Positions 1 through 19,595 of a stretch of DNA of 64,000 bases are shown here, one piece after another (within the stretch, counting starts at the first letter, position 1; every line of letters starts with the position of its first letter). Source of the stretch: the human T2T-CHM13v2.0 reference genome, Homo sapiens. A program made the translations under genes and the position numbers. The stretch is taken from the NCBI RefSeq assembly GCF_009914755.1, contig NC_060939.1; one strand, given 5' to 3'. The notes beneath the pieces were generated by a model, which did no database searches, had not been told where the DNA came from, and was given only the letters and a program-made list of their open reading frames with translations.

Positions 1-539
1 GTAATCTTTCTGGATATCTCATTCATTAATGAGTTAAATAAAATCTCTAACATTTATTTTATATCTGTATTATATTTGATATTAAAATTATTCTTCAACA
101 GTAGTATACAGTTATATGAATAAGCTGCAATTTATCTATTCATCTATTGGTGGACATCTGGGTTTTTTCCCTTTGGCTATTATGAATAAAGCTGCTATGA
201 GTCTTTTGGTGAATAAAGGCATTCATTTTTTGGGGTAAATATCTAGAAATGGGATTTCTGGGGTATAGGGTAGGGGTAAATTTGATTTCAGTAGAGACTG
301 ATGTTTCCAAAGTGGTTGTACCATTTTACACTCCCATCAACACTGTATGAGAGTCCCATTTCTGCATCTTTGCAACTAAGGGAATTGTCAGTCTTTTCAT
401 TTCAGCTATTCTATGGAGTGTTTAATAGTATCATATTTTGGTTTCAATTTACCATAGAAGATTTTCAGGAGGGAGGTAACTTGAACAGATTTTTACATTT
501 TAGAAAACTCTTTCTGCGTATTATGTGGAGAATGATTAT

Positions 540-1005
540 TTGTATACCAAAGTTCATAGCAGCATTATTCACAATAGCCAAAAGGTGGGAATAACCAAGC
601 ATCCATTTATATGGATGAATGGATAAACAAAATGTAGTATACATGTATAATGGAATATTATTTAGCCTCAAGAAGGAAGAAATTCTGATACATGCTACAA
701 CATAGATGCTCCTTGAAGACATTATGCTAAGTGAAATAAGCCAATCAGAAAAGAGCAATTATTGTATGATTCAATTTATATGCGGTACCTCGCACTTACA
801 GACAGAAAGTGCAATATCGGCTATAAGGGGTTGTGAGAAACGGGTAACGGGGAGTTACTGTGTAACAGGCAGATTTTCTATTTGGGATAATGAAAAAGTT
901 CTGGAGATGGATAGTGGTGATGGTTTCACAACAATGTGAATGTACTTAATGCCAGTGAACTGTACACTTAAAAATGGTGAATTTTATGTTAGATAGATTT
1001 TATCA
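540..1005 (+). mobile_element. Old L1 (L1M-type) 3' end fragment
   Basis: ttcatagcagcattattcacaatagccaaaaggtgg...atgctaagtgaaataagcc...gaactgtacacttaaaaatggtgaattttatg. An antisense L1 fragment also lies at ~100-430. Confidence 0.8.
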
Positions 1006-1012
1006 CACACAC

Positions 1013-1090
1013 AAAGAGGAGGGAGGGCGGGAGGGAAGGAGAGAGGGAAGGAAGTAGAGAGGGGAGAAGAGAGGAAGAAAGGAAAGAAAG
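1013..1090 (+). repeat. Polypurine (GA-rich) tract containing a G4 motif
   Basis: Nearly pure A/G run, with GGGAGGGCGGGAGGG at 1021-1035. Confidence 0.9.
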
Positions 1091-1379
1091 TAAGATCTGG
1101 CATCACAGGGCCCACATTCCCGCGTGTCAGCAATAGGCTGAAACAGAAGCATGGTTTCTCACGTGTCCATGGAGGCATCTGAGTGTGTGCCCACTTTCCC
1201 GGTTCAATGACAATTTGCACCTGCTCGTGTAGAGGGGTACGGGTGAAACAGAGACCAGTATTATTAAGGGGATGGAGAGGAGAGACCGCCAAAACATCGC
1301 AGAGACACACCGTCGGAGCCAAGAGAATGGGGTGCAGACGCCTGGCTTGGCCTGTGGGAACTGGCAAGTCTCAGCTCTC

Positions 1380-2030
1380 AAACGCCCGGGCTTTTCAACC
1401 CGCCACAGCCGGGTTCCAGCTGCCTACTTCCTTTAAAGCCTTCACCGACTCTAAAACACCAAAAACAAAGACCCAACTAGCTCCGGAAGCCCGAGATGTA
1501 ACCGTAGTCATCTGACCCTCCCGTCCGGACTCTGATTGGGCTTTGGAGATACGCGTCCCTCCCGGCGCTGTACGGCGACCCCGCCCCAGCAGCCTGAGGG
1601 GGCGGGAACAGATGTCCGAGTGCGACAGTATTGGTCGGCTTCCCCAGGAAGCAGCCAATCGGAATAGGCAAGCTTCCGGCGGGAAGTGAGCCAGGGCTTG
1701 GCGCGGCGGCCGTGGTTGCGGCGCGGGAAGTTTGGATCCTGGTTCCGTCCGCTAGGAGTCTGCGTGCGAGGTGAGTACCGCGCGCGTAACTACGGGTCGG
1801 TCCGCATTGATCTAGCCCTGCTCTGGCGGCCCGGCCCGGAGCTGGAGGCCGCTCGGGTTCTTCCGTTTCCTGCACTGGTTCGCCTCGGCCCGCTGAGTCC
1901 TCTAGTCTGGCCAACATCCTGGGAGGACAGCAGATACATAAATACGTTCCCAAATGGGGAAACAGAGGCCCGGGGCGGGGGCGAACTCTGCCAAGGTCTC
2001 CCGGGGCGTCGGAGGCCGAGCATGGGCTAG
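1380..2030. promoter_or_regulatory. BLM: CpG-island promoter of BLM
   Basis: CpG-dense, GC-rich segment. CCAAT/ATTGG boxes at 1535-1539, 1630-1634, 1655-1659. GC boxes at 1579-1587, 1598-1606. ETS cores CCGGAAG 1483-1489 and CTTCCGG 1673-1679. E2F-like GGCGGGAA at 1601-1608 and 1678-1685. No TATA box. Confidence 0.9.
1678..1770 (+). other. BLM: BLM exon 1 (5' UTR, non-coding)
   Basis: Ends GCGAG|gtgagt (donor at 1771) and joins GATT-ATG of exon 2 as in the known mRNA leader. The start is approximate. Confidence 0.9.
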
Positions 2031-2274
2031 GACCTGGCATGTTGTTGCCCATATACTCCAGTGCGTAACATGATGCCCTGCACAGAGTAATCCCAGCCCA
2101 GACCTCTGGCACTACTACCTCCGTGTCCCTCCTGAGGAACAACGAAAACACTTTGTACTTTTTCTGTGGCCTTCCATAATCACGAGCTGGGCTACTCTTG
2201 TTTTTGAGTGTCTACTGTGTGCCATGTTCCTGGCACCCTTGATCTTACAACTGTAGCTTTACGATATCCCAGCA

Positions 2275-2520
2275 AAGCGAAGTGCTTAAGAATACTGCAT
2301 CAGATTGCTTGGGTTCGAATTCTGGCTCCTTCACATTTAGCTCTGTGTCTACTGCACGTTACTGAAACACTAAGTGTCTTGGTTTTCGTCTGTCATATGG
2401 GGGAAATGGTCTCTTCTACTTCCTGGCGTTTTTGTTAGGATTAAACGACTTAATATATGCAATAATAAATGCTTCGAAGGCTACCTGTTACATAGTACAC
2501 AGTAAGGGTTCTGTTATCAT
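2275..2520 (+). mobile_element. MIR SINE (antisense MIR pieces also at ~1947-2037 and ~2545-2660)
   Basis: gcttgggttcgaattctggctc...ggttttcgtctgtcatatggggg...ttaggattaaacga matches the MIR core. Confidence 0.7.
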
Positions 2521-3247
2521 TACCCAGAGAAGCGGATGAAATTGTCCCCATTTTAGACATGGAGAATCTGAAGTACAAAGAGGTTGTCTCCGTACAGAAA
2601 GAGCATTTGGTGATTAAGTGCTAGAGATACAGGATTTGAACTAAGCGCCTGATTTTAAAGTATGTCCCACAACATTAGGCTTTCTCCTATAGCCCTCACC
2701 TGTCCTTAGGTCACACAGAACTTTAGGTACCTCATGGCGTGAGATGGAGCAGGTGACTGACAGCTCCTTGTGCCACCCATGCAGATAAATAACACTGGTG
2801 TGTCACTGTCAAGATTAAGGGACAGGAATTCGAGAGACTGCATGAGAGATCAGAAGATGAAGAAGCGGGTAGGCAAAAGTATTCTGTTTGGGGAATAGTA
2901 AATAGAATTAATTAAATCAACATTTTGTTAGCTGGGCTGCTTATACTGTCAGACAGTAGCTTATAATCTACTGGGAAGAAATGAAATTTCTGGGTCCTGT
3001 GTCACTTTCAATGCCACTCACCATGACAGGTACCTTATAAGTATAGTTTACAGTCCTATCAGTAACCTGGAGAAGTAGTTATTTCCTTCGTTTTACTGAG
3101 GAAACCAAGAGTTAAAAAATCAGGAAAAGTGTTAGATGTGCAGTAGAACATCATCATGCTGGGAAGTTCTACACATCCGCTTCAGGACAGGTGGTATTAC
3201 CTATGAGCAGGAAGGGAAGGGAAAAAGGTAAGGGGAATGAGTGATAG

Positions 3248-3618
<371 letters not shown>

Positions 3619-3649
3619 ATGAGTGAGATTTTAAATATATCTGAAATGA

Positions 3650-3922
3650 GGCCAGGCACAGTGGCTCACACCCATAATCCCAGCACTTTGGGAGGATGAG
3701 GCGGGCGAATCACCTGAGGCCAGGAGTTCGAGACTTGCCTCACCAACATGGCGAAACTCCCTCTCTATAGTAAATACAAAATTATCTGGGCGTGGTGGTG
3801 TGCGCCTGTGGTTCTAGCTACTGGGGAGGCTGAGGCACGAGAATCGCTTGAACCCAGGAGGCTGCAGTTAGTCAAGATTGCACCACTGCACTCCAGCCTG
3901 GGTGACAGAGTGAGAGTCCGTC
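3650..3922 (+). mobile_element. AluS
   Basis: ggccaggcacagtggctcac...ctccagcctgggtgacagag. Confidence 0.9.
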
Positions 3923-4189
3923 AGTCAATCTACCTGAAATGTTTTATGCCTTTAAAAGAGAGAGAATAGGGCCGAGTTTAACTTTTTAAATTTGGTTGGT
4001 GGGTACATGGGTGTAATTCTATTTTCTGTATCTTTATGTAAGAAATATTAAAAATTAAAAGATATACATATATATTTTAATTTACATATATATGTGTTTT
4101 TTTCTAAGAGAAAAATGGATAGAATAAAGAGGTCCAAGATAATCGTAGAATAATCCTAGGACTTCAGTGCTGAAAGCCCCTAAGGGTCT

Positions 4190-4620
4190 CCACTACCTGT
4201 AGGATAAAATCTAAACTCCTTGGCATGATACCAGAGGCTTTTGAGCATTCTGTATCGCTAACACATACTATTCTACCTCAGCCTTTGTACCACTAGTTCA
4301 TAGACTACTCTTCTTCACAACCTCAGTCCTGTCTGTAAAGTTCCACTTGTCCTTCAATATCCAATTCAGTGTTCTTTGAAAAGCTTCTCTATCATTTGCC
4401 TGTTTTTCCTTAATCTGGGAAGCCATAGTCTTTTAAGAAAAGACTTGATTGTCAGACTTATCTCGTTGCATTGTAATTATTTGTTGACATGTCTATTTTC
4501 TGCTAGTCTATAAGCTCCTTGAAGGCAGTAATAATGTCTTTCCCATCTCTGTACTTCAGTGCCTACCATGATGCCTGGCACAGAGTAGTCACTGTAGATA
4601 TTAGCTGAATGAAAAATACA
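4190..4620 (+). mobile_element. L2 3' fragment
   Basis: aggataaaatctaaactccttggc...taagctccttgaaggcag...tgcctggcacagagtag...tgaatgaa. Confidence 0.65.
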
Positions 4621-4948
4621 AGTTGAAGACAGAGAGTGAAAGTTCTTGGAGTTATGACATATGGACTTTGTTCTCTGGAATGACAGGGAACTATTGAGTT
4701 TACTTTCTTTAAAAATTCCCGTATTTTATTGAAACATATTCTCAATGTCAAGAAAAATATTCCAGTCATAATCCTATCTTTCAAACACTTGAACTATTTT
4801 TATTTTCCATGAGTCCTTTCCAAATTTCAGCTATAAAATTAGTTATACAGATTTAGCTATACAGATTTCTTAGGTAGCTGTAGCCTTAATGTATTCATAA
4901 CTTAGTGTTTTTCTTTTTTCTTTCTTTTTAAACCTGACACTTGAGGAA

Positions 4949-5385
4949 TTTTTTTTTTCTTTTCTTTTTTTTTGAGATAGGGCTCACTGCAGCTCCAGCC
5001 TCCCGGGCTCAAGTGATCCTCCCACCTCAGCTGGGAGTACAGGGGTGTACCACCATGCCTGGCTAATTCTTGTATTTGTTGTAGAGATGGGCTTTTGATT
5101 TTTTGTAGAGATAGGGTCTCGCCGTGTTGTTCAGGCTGATCTCGAACTCGTAGGCTCAAGCAGTTTGCCCACGGAGTGCTGGGACTACAGGTTTGAGCCC
5201 ACCGCACCTGGCCTGCTTTTTTCAATATTAAATTATTTCCTGGCTGGGCGCGGTAGCACATGCCTATGATCCCAGCACTTTGGGAAGCCAAGGTTGGGGA
5301 TTGCTTGAGCCTGGGAGTTCAAGACCAGCCTGGGCAACATGGCAAAACCCCGTCTCTACCAAAAAATAAAATAAAAATCTAAATA
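4949..5385. mobile_element. AluJ (-) 4949-5213 head-to-head with a FLAM/left monomer (+) 5242-5385
   Basis: Alu consensus blocks on opposite strands. Confidence 0.85.
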
Positions 5386-5624
5386 AATTATTTATTTTAG
5401 TGAATCAGTCTTTATGCTTGTCATTTGTCTTATAAATTTTCGCAATATTCCTCTCTCTTTGGTTTAATAGGTATGAAATGATGCTCCATGTTATTATTAG
5501 AAAAATTTCACAATTTTTTCATAAATTTACTTAGTGTCTGTATATTCTGGTGAGCTGTTGTGTTTATATTCCCTGAACATTTGTTCACTGGAACTGGATG
5601 TTCTTTATGTGTTTTTAATATTAA

Positions 5625-6948
<1,324 letters not shown>

Positions 6949-7131
6949 TTACATAATTTAAAGAATAGTTACAAAGAAATTACAAAGTTTAGTTATGCAT
7001 AAAAATTATATTGTATTCATGGTAAATTGAAGACTCATTATAAAATTATAGTTACACATAACTATCATCTAGATCAAGAAAGAAATAGAATATTACCAGG
7101 ATCCCAGGACCCCAGAAGTGTATCTTTCTGA

Positions 7132-7471
<340 letters not shown>

Positions 7472-7701
7472 CTATTGTCCCAATTTTTGTGATAATGCTT
7501 TTCTTGTCTTCATAGTTTGCCCTGATCTATACATCTATAAATAATATAGCTCAGTTTTGCCTGGTTTTGAGCTCTGTAAATGGGATAATACTATATGCAT
7601 TCTACTGAGTCTTTCTAGTTTGCGTTATTATGTTTGTGAGATTCTTCCACGTTGTAGATATAGTTTTTCTTTTCTTTTTTTTTTTTTTTAATAGTAATTT
7701 T

Positions 7702-7992
7702 GGCTGGGCATGGTAGCTCACTTCTGTAATCCCAGCACTTTGGGAGGCTGAGGAAGCAAGATCTCTTGAGGCCAGGAGTTCAAGACCAGTCTGGCAACAA
7801 TGGGAGACTTGTCTCTATAAAAAATTTAAAAAATTAGTTGAGCATGATGTCATGCACCTGTAGTTCCAGATTCTCCAGAGGCTGAGGCAGGAGGATCACT
7901 TGAGCTTAGGAGTCTGAGGCTGCAGTGAACTATGATTGTGCCACTGCGCTCTAGCCTGAGTGACAGAGCAAGACCTTGTCTCTAAAAAAAAA
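7702..7992 (+). mobile_element. AluJ
   Basis: Diverged full dimer. Confidence 0.85.
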
Positions 7993-8329
7993 TTTTTTTA
8001 AATTGTTTTTCTTAACCTCTTAACAGAGTTTTACATGTATAGTACCACACAGCCACAATGTTGTATGGCAGATCTCTAGAATGCGTTCATTTTGCATTAC
8101 TGAAACTTTATACTTTTTGATTAACAACTCCCCATTTCCTGAAAGCCCCTACCCTGGCAACCACTGTGCCCCTCTTTGCTTCTATGAGTTTGCCTATTTT
8201 AGATACCTCGTTGCAGTGGAATCATGTAGTATTTGTCCTGTGACTGGCTTACTTCACTTTGCTTAATGGCTTCAAGGTTCATCTGTGTCATCTCATGTTG
8301 CAGGATTTTTTTTTTAATTTTTTATTATT

Positions 8330-8641
8330 TAACTTAATTGTATTGTATTTTATTATTTTTCAGACAGGGTCTTGCTCAGCTATCCAGGCTGGAGTGCAGT
8401 AGAATGATCGTTGCTCACTGCAGCCTCTAACTCCTGGGCTCAGATGATCCTTCTGCCTCAGCCTCCCGAGAAGGTGAGACTACAGGAGTGTACCACCATG
8501 CTTGGCTAACTTTTTTATTTTTTGTAGATACTGGGTCTTGCTTTGTTGCCTAGGCTGGTCTCAAACTCCTGGGCTCAAGCGATACTCCTGCCTTGGCCTC
8601 CCAAAGTGCTGGGATTACAAGCATGAGCCACTTCATCTAGT
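8330..8641 (-). mobile_element. AluJ inserted in an antisense L1M fragment (~8010-8690)
   Basis: Alu dimer, with L1 3' UTR motifs on both flanks. Confidence 0.8.
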
Positions 8642-8691
8642 CAATTTTTTTCTTTTTAAAGGCTGAATATTTCATTCTATGCGTATACCAC

Positions 8692-9237
8692 TGTAAAGAA
8701 AACTCCATTTCCTCTCTACTCTGTACCCATATAATAATTCCTCACTTCTGTCACCAAATGTGTGGTGTTTTTTTTCCCCACAATAGTTCAGTTCTTTAGC
8801 AGACACTGGGTGTCCTACATTTAGCTCAGGTCTGACACTAACTGCCAGGTGTTAGTGCAGACCCCAAATGTTAAGTCCTCCCTGTCCACCCGCATTCCAG
8901 ACCCCCCACTTCAGACTACAAGCACAAGTGGTAAGTCCTCCACATTCAGTCACAGAACAGTTTCCTTACTAGATTATCAGCTTATTATAAACAACTCAGA
9001 AGCAGCCAGCTGGAAGAAATACACAGGACAAGGTATGTGGGAAGGGGTGTGGCACTTCCATGCCCTCTCCAGGCACACCAGCCTCCCACCATCTCTACAT
9101 GTTCTCACCAACCTAGAAGCTCCCTGAGCCCTATCCTTCTGGGTTTTTACGTAGGCCTCCTTACCTAGACATGATTGATTAAATAATTGGCCATTGGTGA
9201 TTAAGTCACTCCCCAGCCCCTTTGTCCTACCCAGAGG
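8692..9237. mobile_element. MER21-family LTR fragment
   Basis: cacttctgtcaccaaatgtgtgg...tctgacactaac...ttccatgccctctccaggcacacc...attggccattggtgatt resembles MER21 as recalled. Confidence 0.6.
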
Positions 9238-9240
9238 AAG

Positions 9241-10166
<926 letters not shown>

Positions 10167-10329
10167 CTATTAAGTTGTCTCTGTTTTATGTACATATAAA
10201 CATATTTATATATAGTTATCTACATTTTTATATATACGTACATACACATTTACATAGGTGTAGCAGATATCTTCTACTTTGGCTTTTTAAGTGGATTTAA
10301 CATAATTTTAGTCAATGACTTTTTTTATT

Positions 10330-11670
<1,341 letters not shown>

Positions 11671-11739
11671 TTTTTTTAACATCTTTTATTGTGAATTATT
11701 GTATGTTATATTTCATAGATATAACTTGTACGTGAATGA

Positions 11740-12205
11740 GCTAATATAGTAGGCCTGAAACTGTTACCTTCAGAAAAGCCTGCTTGCAAAATTGGTCCCT
11801 GGCTGTGTCTGAGAACTTGGCTTTTGAAACCTTTCCTACACTGATCAGGTTGTTTTACTAATACCTGTTTTCCTTCTGAGAGTCTGAAATTTTGGTGGGA
11901 GGAAGGTGCCTAAGTGACCAGCCCTCAATAAAACCCCTAGATTCAGAGTCTCTAACCAGCTTCTTTTGGGCAGAAACATTGCACACACATAGCTGCATTT
12001 TCACTGAGAGAACATGCACTTTCTCAGGGGTTAGAGAGCATTGGAAGCCTGCACGTGAATTCCTACAGACACTACCTGATGTGTTTTTTTTTCCCTTGCT
12101 GATCTGGTTGTGTATCCTTAAAGTGTTGATGATATAATAAATGTTAGCTGTGAGTACAACTGTACACTGAGTCCCATGAGTTCTTCCAGCAAAATATTGA
12201 ACTTA
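11740..12205 (+). mobile_element. MER21C/MER77-like LTR fragment
   Basis: aaggcctgcttgcaa-like start; gtgaccagccctcaataaaaccc; tgtgagtacaactgtacactgagtcccatgagttcttccagcaaa. Confidence 0.6.
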
Positions 12206-12368
12206 GCTGTTAAGTTCCTCCAGAAAAAAAAAAGCTGGAATTTTGATTAGAAATGCATCAAGTTATAGATGAATTTGAGGAGAATTAGCATCTCCATATC
12301 GTCTTCCAATGTGAATGTGGTTCATATGATTGTTTCCTCCCTCCTTGACTTCTCTTAACGACTTTCAA

Positions 12369-13042
<674 letters not shown>

Positions 13043-13162
13043 TAAATTTTTGATGTCATCTTAAAAAGTTTTCTGACATTTTATTTTTTGTTTATTGATG
13101 ATATAGAAAAACAATTTATTTTTGTATATTGACCTTGTCTCCAGCAGTCTTCCTAAACACAC

Positions 13163-16330
<3,168 letters not shown>

Positions 16331-17206
16331 TCTTCTCTTTAAAACTGCCTCCCTTCTATTTTCATCAGGCTTATTTTTTCAGTTTCTTTTCTAATAATTA
16401 GGGTCATCCATTTTCTTGTAACTACTTCTTTAGTTGCATATTAGATATTTTTATGTGTAGATTTCCATTATTCAGTTTAAAGTATATTTGAATACTCACT
16501 ATGATATCTTACTTGACTGATGGCTTATTCACAAGTATATTTCTTGATTTTCAATACAAAGGGATTTTCTAGATCTCATTTTCTTTATTTTGAAATTTTA
16601 AAAATCTACAGAAAAGAAAACCTACAGAAAAGTTGAAGAATTAGTGCAGTATATCATCTTCCCAAGTAAACAATTTACATTCATAAAAATAGTTCATATA
16701 TTAGGTAACAAGGAAAACATTAGTAATTTCATAAAGTAGAAATATTATAATTATGATCACCATGCAACAAAACTAGAAATTAAAAATGAAATTTATAAAA
16801 AAGCAGAAAGGCCCTTCCATCTGGAAAATTGAAAACAACTATTGGATGTAAGGAAAACAGAAACTGAAATAAAGGATTTCTGAAAATTAACGAAATGAAA
16901 ACACAGCATATCAGATTCTTAAAAAAAAAAAAAAGGTAAGGCACTAGTCAGGGGAAAATTTATAATCTTCAGTACATATTATAAATGAAGAAAGGGAAAT
17001 AATGAAATAAATTCCAAACTTAGAAAGTTAGGAAAAGAAAAACAAGTAAATCGAAAGCACAAGAGAATAAATAATAAAGATAAAAAGAGAAATTAGTAAG
17101 AGAACAGGAAAACATCTGATTCAAAAATTAAGATTTTTATCTTGGCTGGGCGCAGTGGCTCATGCCAGTAATCCCAGCACTTTGGGAGGCCGAAGCAGGC
17201 AGATCA

Positions 17207-17460
<254 letters not shown>

Positions 17461-18612
17461 TTAATGAAGCAAATAAATTAGCCTAATAGAAATTACAAAT
17501 ATACAGAATAAGAAATGGTAAGTGGTAAGTAACCACTGACACAGGATAGTTTTTATAACAGGATTAATTTATGTACCTTTACGTAAACAAATTTGAAAAC
17601 TAAAATGAAATGGATAATTATGTGTGAAAATCTAGTTTACCAAAATTGACTCAAGTAGATGTTGGAAGTTAAATAGCTCAATTTCCATTGAATAAGTTTT
17701 TAAAGTTATGAAATAACTGTCTCACTGAAAAATAAAAAACATGAGGTCCAAATGGTTTAACAGGAAAATTCTACTACATTTATGGAGTCCAAATAATCCT
17801 AATGCTAAATAAATTGTTTTAGAACGTAGAAAAGAAGGAAAACTTCCAAATTCTTTATTTTCCAAATGGCTTGGTATTGTAAATGCTGATTTAGTTGTCT
17901 GTCTCCAGTTGTTGAAGGGCTGAAGTGAAATAAAGTAAAACATCTTAAAACACTTTTTAGTTCTTAGACCCTCTTTTTTAAAGTAGCTTTATTGATATAG
18001 ACTGCACGTATTTAAAGTATACAATTTGTTCAGTTTTGACATACACACATCATCACCATAATTCAGTTAATGAACATATCCATCACTCTCAAAAGTTTCC
18101 TCATCCCCCTTAATTCTGCCTTCTTGCTCTCTTCTTGCCGGTCAACCACTTATCTGGTTTCTGTCACTGTAGAATAATTAGCATGTTCTAGGACTTTTAA
18201 TAAATGTTATAATACAGTGTGTATTCTTTTGTATCTCACTTCTTTTACACAGCATAATTATTTTATATCGGTTTTTATGAAGCAAGTATAAAACAAATAT
18301 TTAACATAAAAATTAAAGGTAGCACAAAGAAAATTACAGATGAATATTATGTATAAAAATTATGTAAAAGTTCTAAATAAAATACTACCAAACAGAACAG
18401 AATCCAGCACTCTATTACAAAACTATTAGCTCATCACCAAGATGTATACCAGGAATGCAAAGATGGTTTAACATTAGAATCATCAATGTAATTCACCATA
18501 TTAATTAACCTAAGGAGAACAGTCATATATTTACTTTTATATATGCTGAAAAAGCCTTTGACAAGATTCAACACCAATATATAGTAAAAACTCTTAAGAA
18601 ATTATATTGTAA

Positions 18613-18930
<318 letters not shown>

Positions 18931-18942
18931 TAATGATGGTAT

Positions 18943-19024
18943 TCTCTCTCTCTCTCTCTGTCTCTGTCTCTCACGCACACATACACACACACGCGCGCAC
19001 GCACGCACACACACACACACACAC

Positions 19025-19057
<33 letters not shown>
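18943..19057. repeat. Compound microsatellite (TC)n-(CA/CG)n-(AG)15
   Basis: Read directly from the sequence. Confidence 0.95.
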
Positions 19058-19060
<3 letters not shown>

Positions 19061-19557
19061 TATTCCTAAATCCTGTATTTTATCTAATAGGAAAATACTA
19101 GAGGCATTTTTACTAAGATTGAGAAAAATATAGAGATACTCACCAACTCCACTTGTATTTAACATTGTACTGGGGGCTTAGCCAATGCAGTTAGATAAAT
19201 CAATTAGAGGCACAAGATTTGGAAAATAAAAAGTAATATTGTCCCTACTTGCAGGTGATATGGTAGTGTGTCTGGAATACTGCAGAAAATCAATAATGAA
19301 ACTAACTAAACAGAAAAGGAATTTTATAAGAATATGCAAAAATCAGTAGTCTTCATATACACAACAAGTTTGAATATATAATGAAGGGTAAAATCCCATT
19401 TACAGCAACAAGAAAAAGAGAAAATATTTAGGAATTTAAAAACATGTAAAACCTAGGTGAAGAAATCTTTAAAACACTTCTGAATAACAAAAATAGCCTT
19501 AAACAAATGAAATCTTTTGTTCTAGGACAGGACAACAACATCATAAAAGTGCCTAAG

Positions 19558-19560
<3 letters not shown>

Positions 19561-19592
<32 letters not shown>
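19561..19592. repeat. (AT)16 microsatellite
   Basis: Read directly from the sequence. Confidence 0.95.

Positions 19593-19595
<3 letters not shown>

Noticed and set aside
1477-2151. 224-aa minus-strand ORF (and neighbouring ORFs at 984-2030) across the promoter
   Set aside because: These are typical stop-poor CpG-island ORFs: rich in P/R/A/G, with no recognisable domain, and partly MIR-derived.
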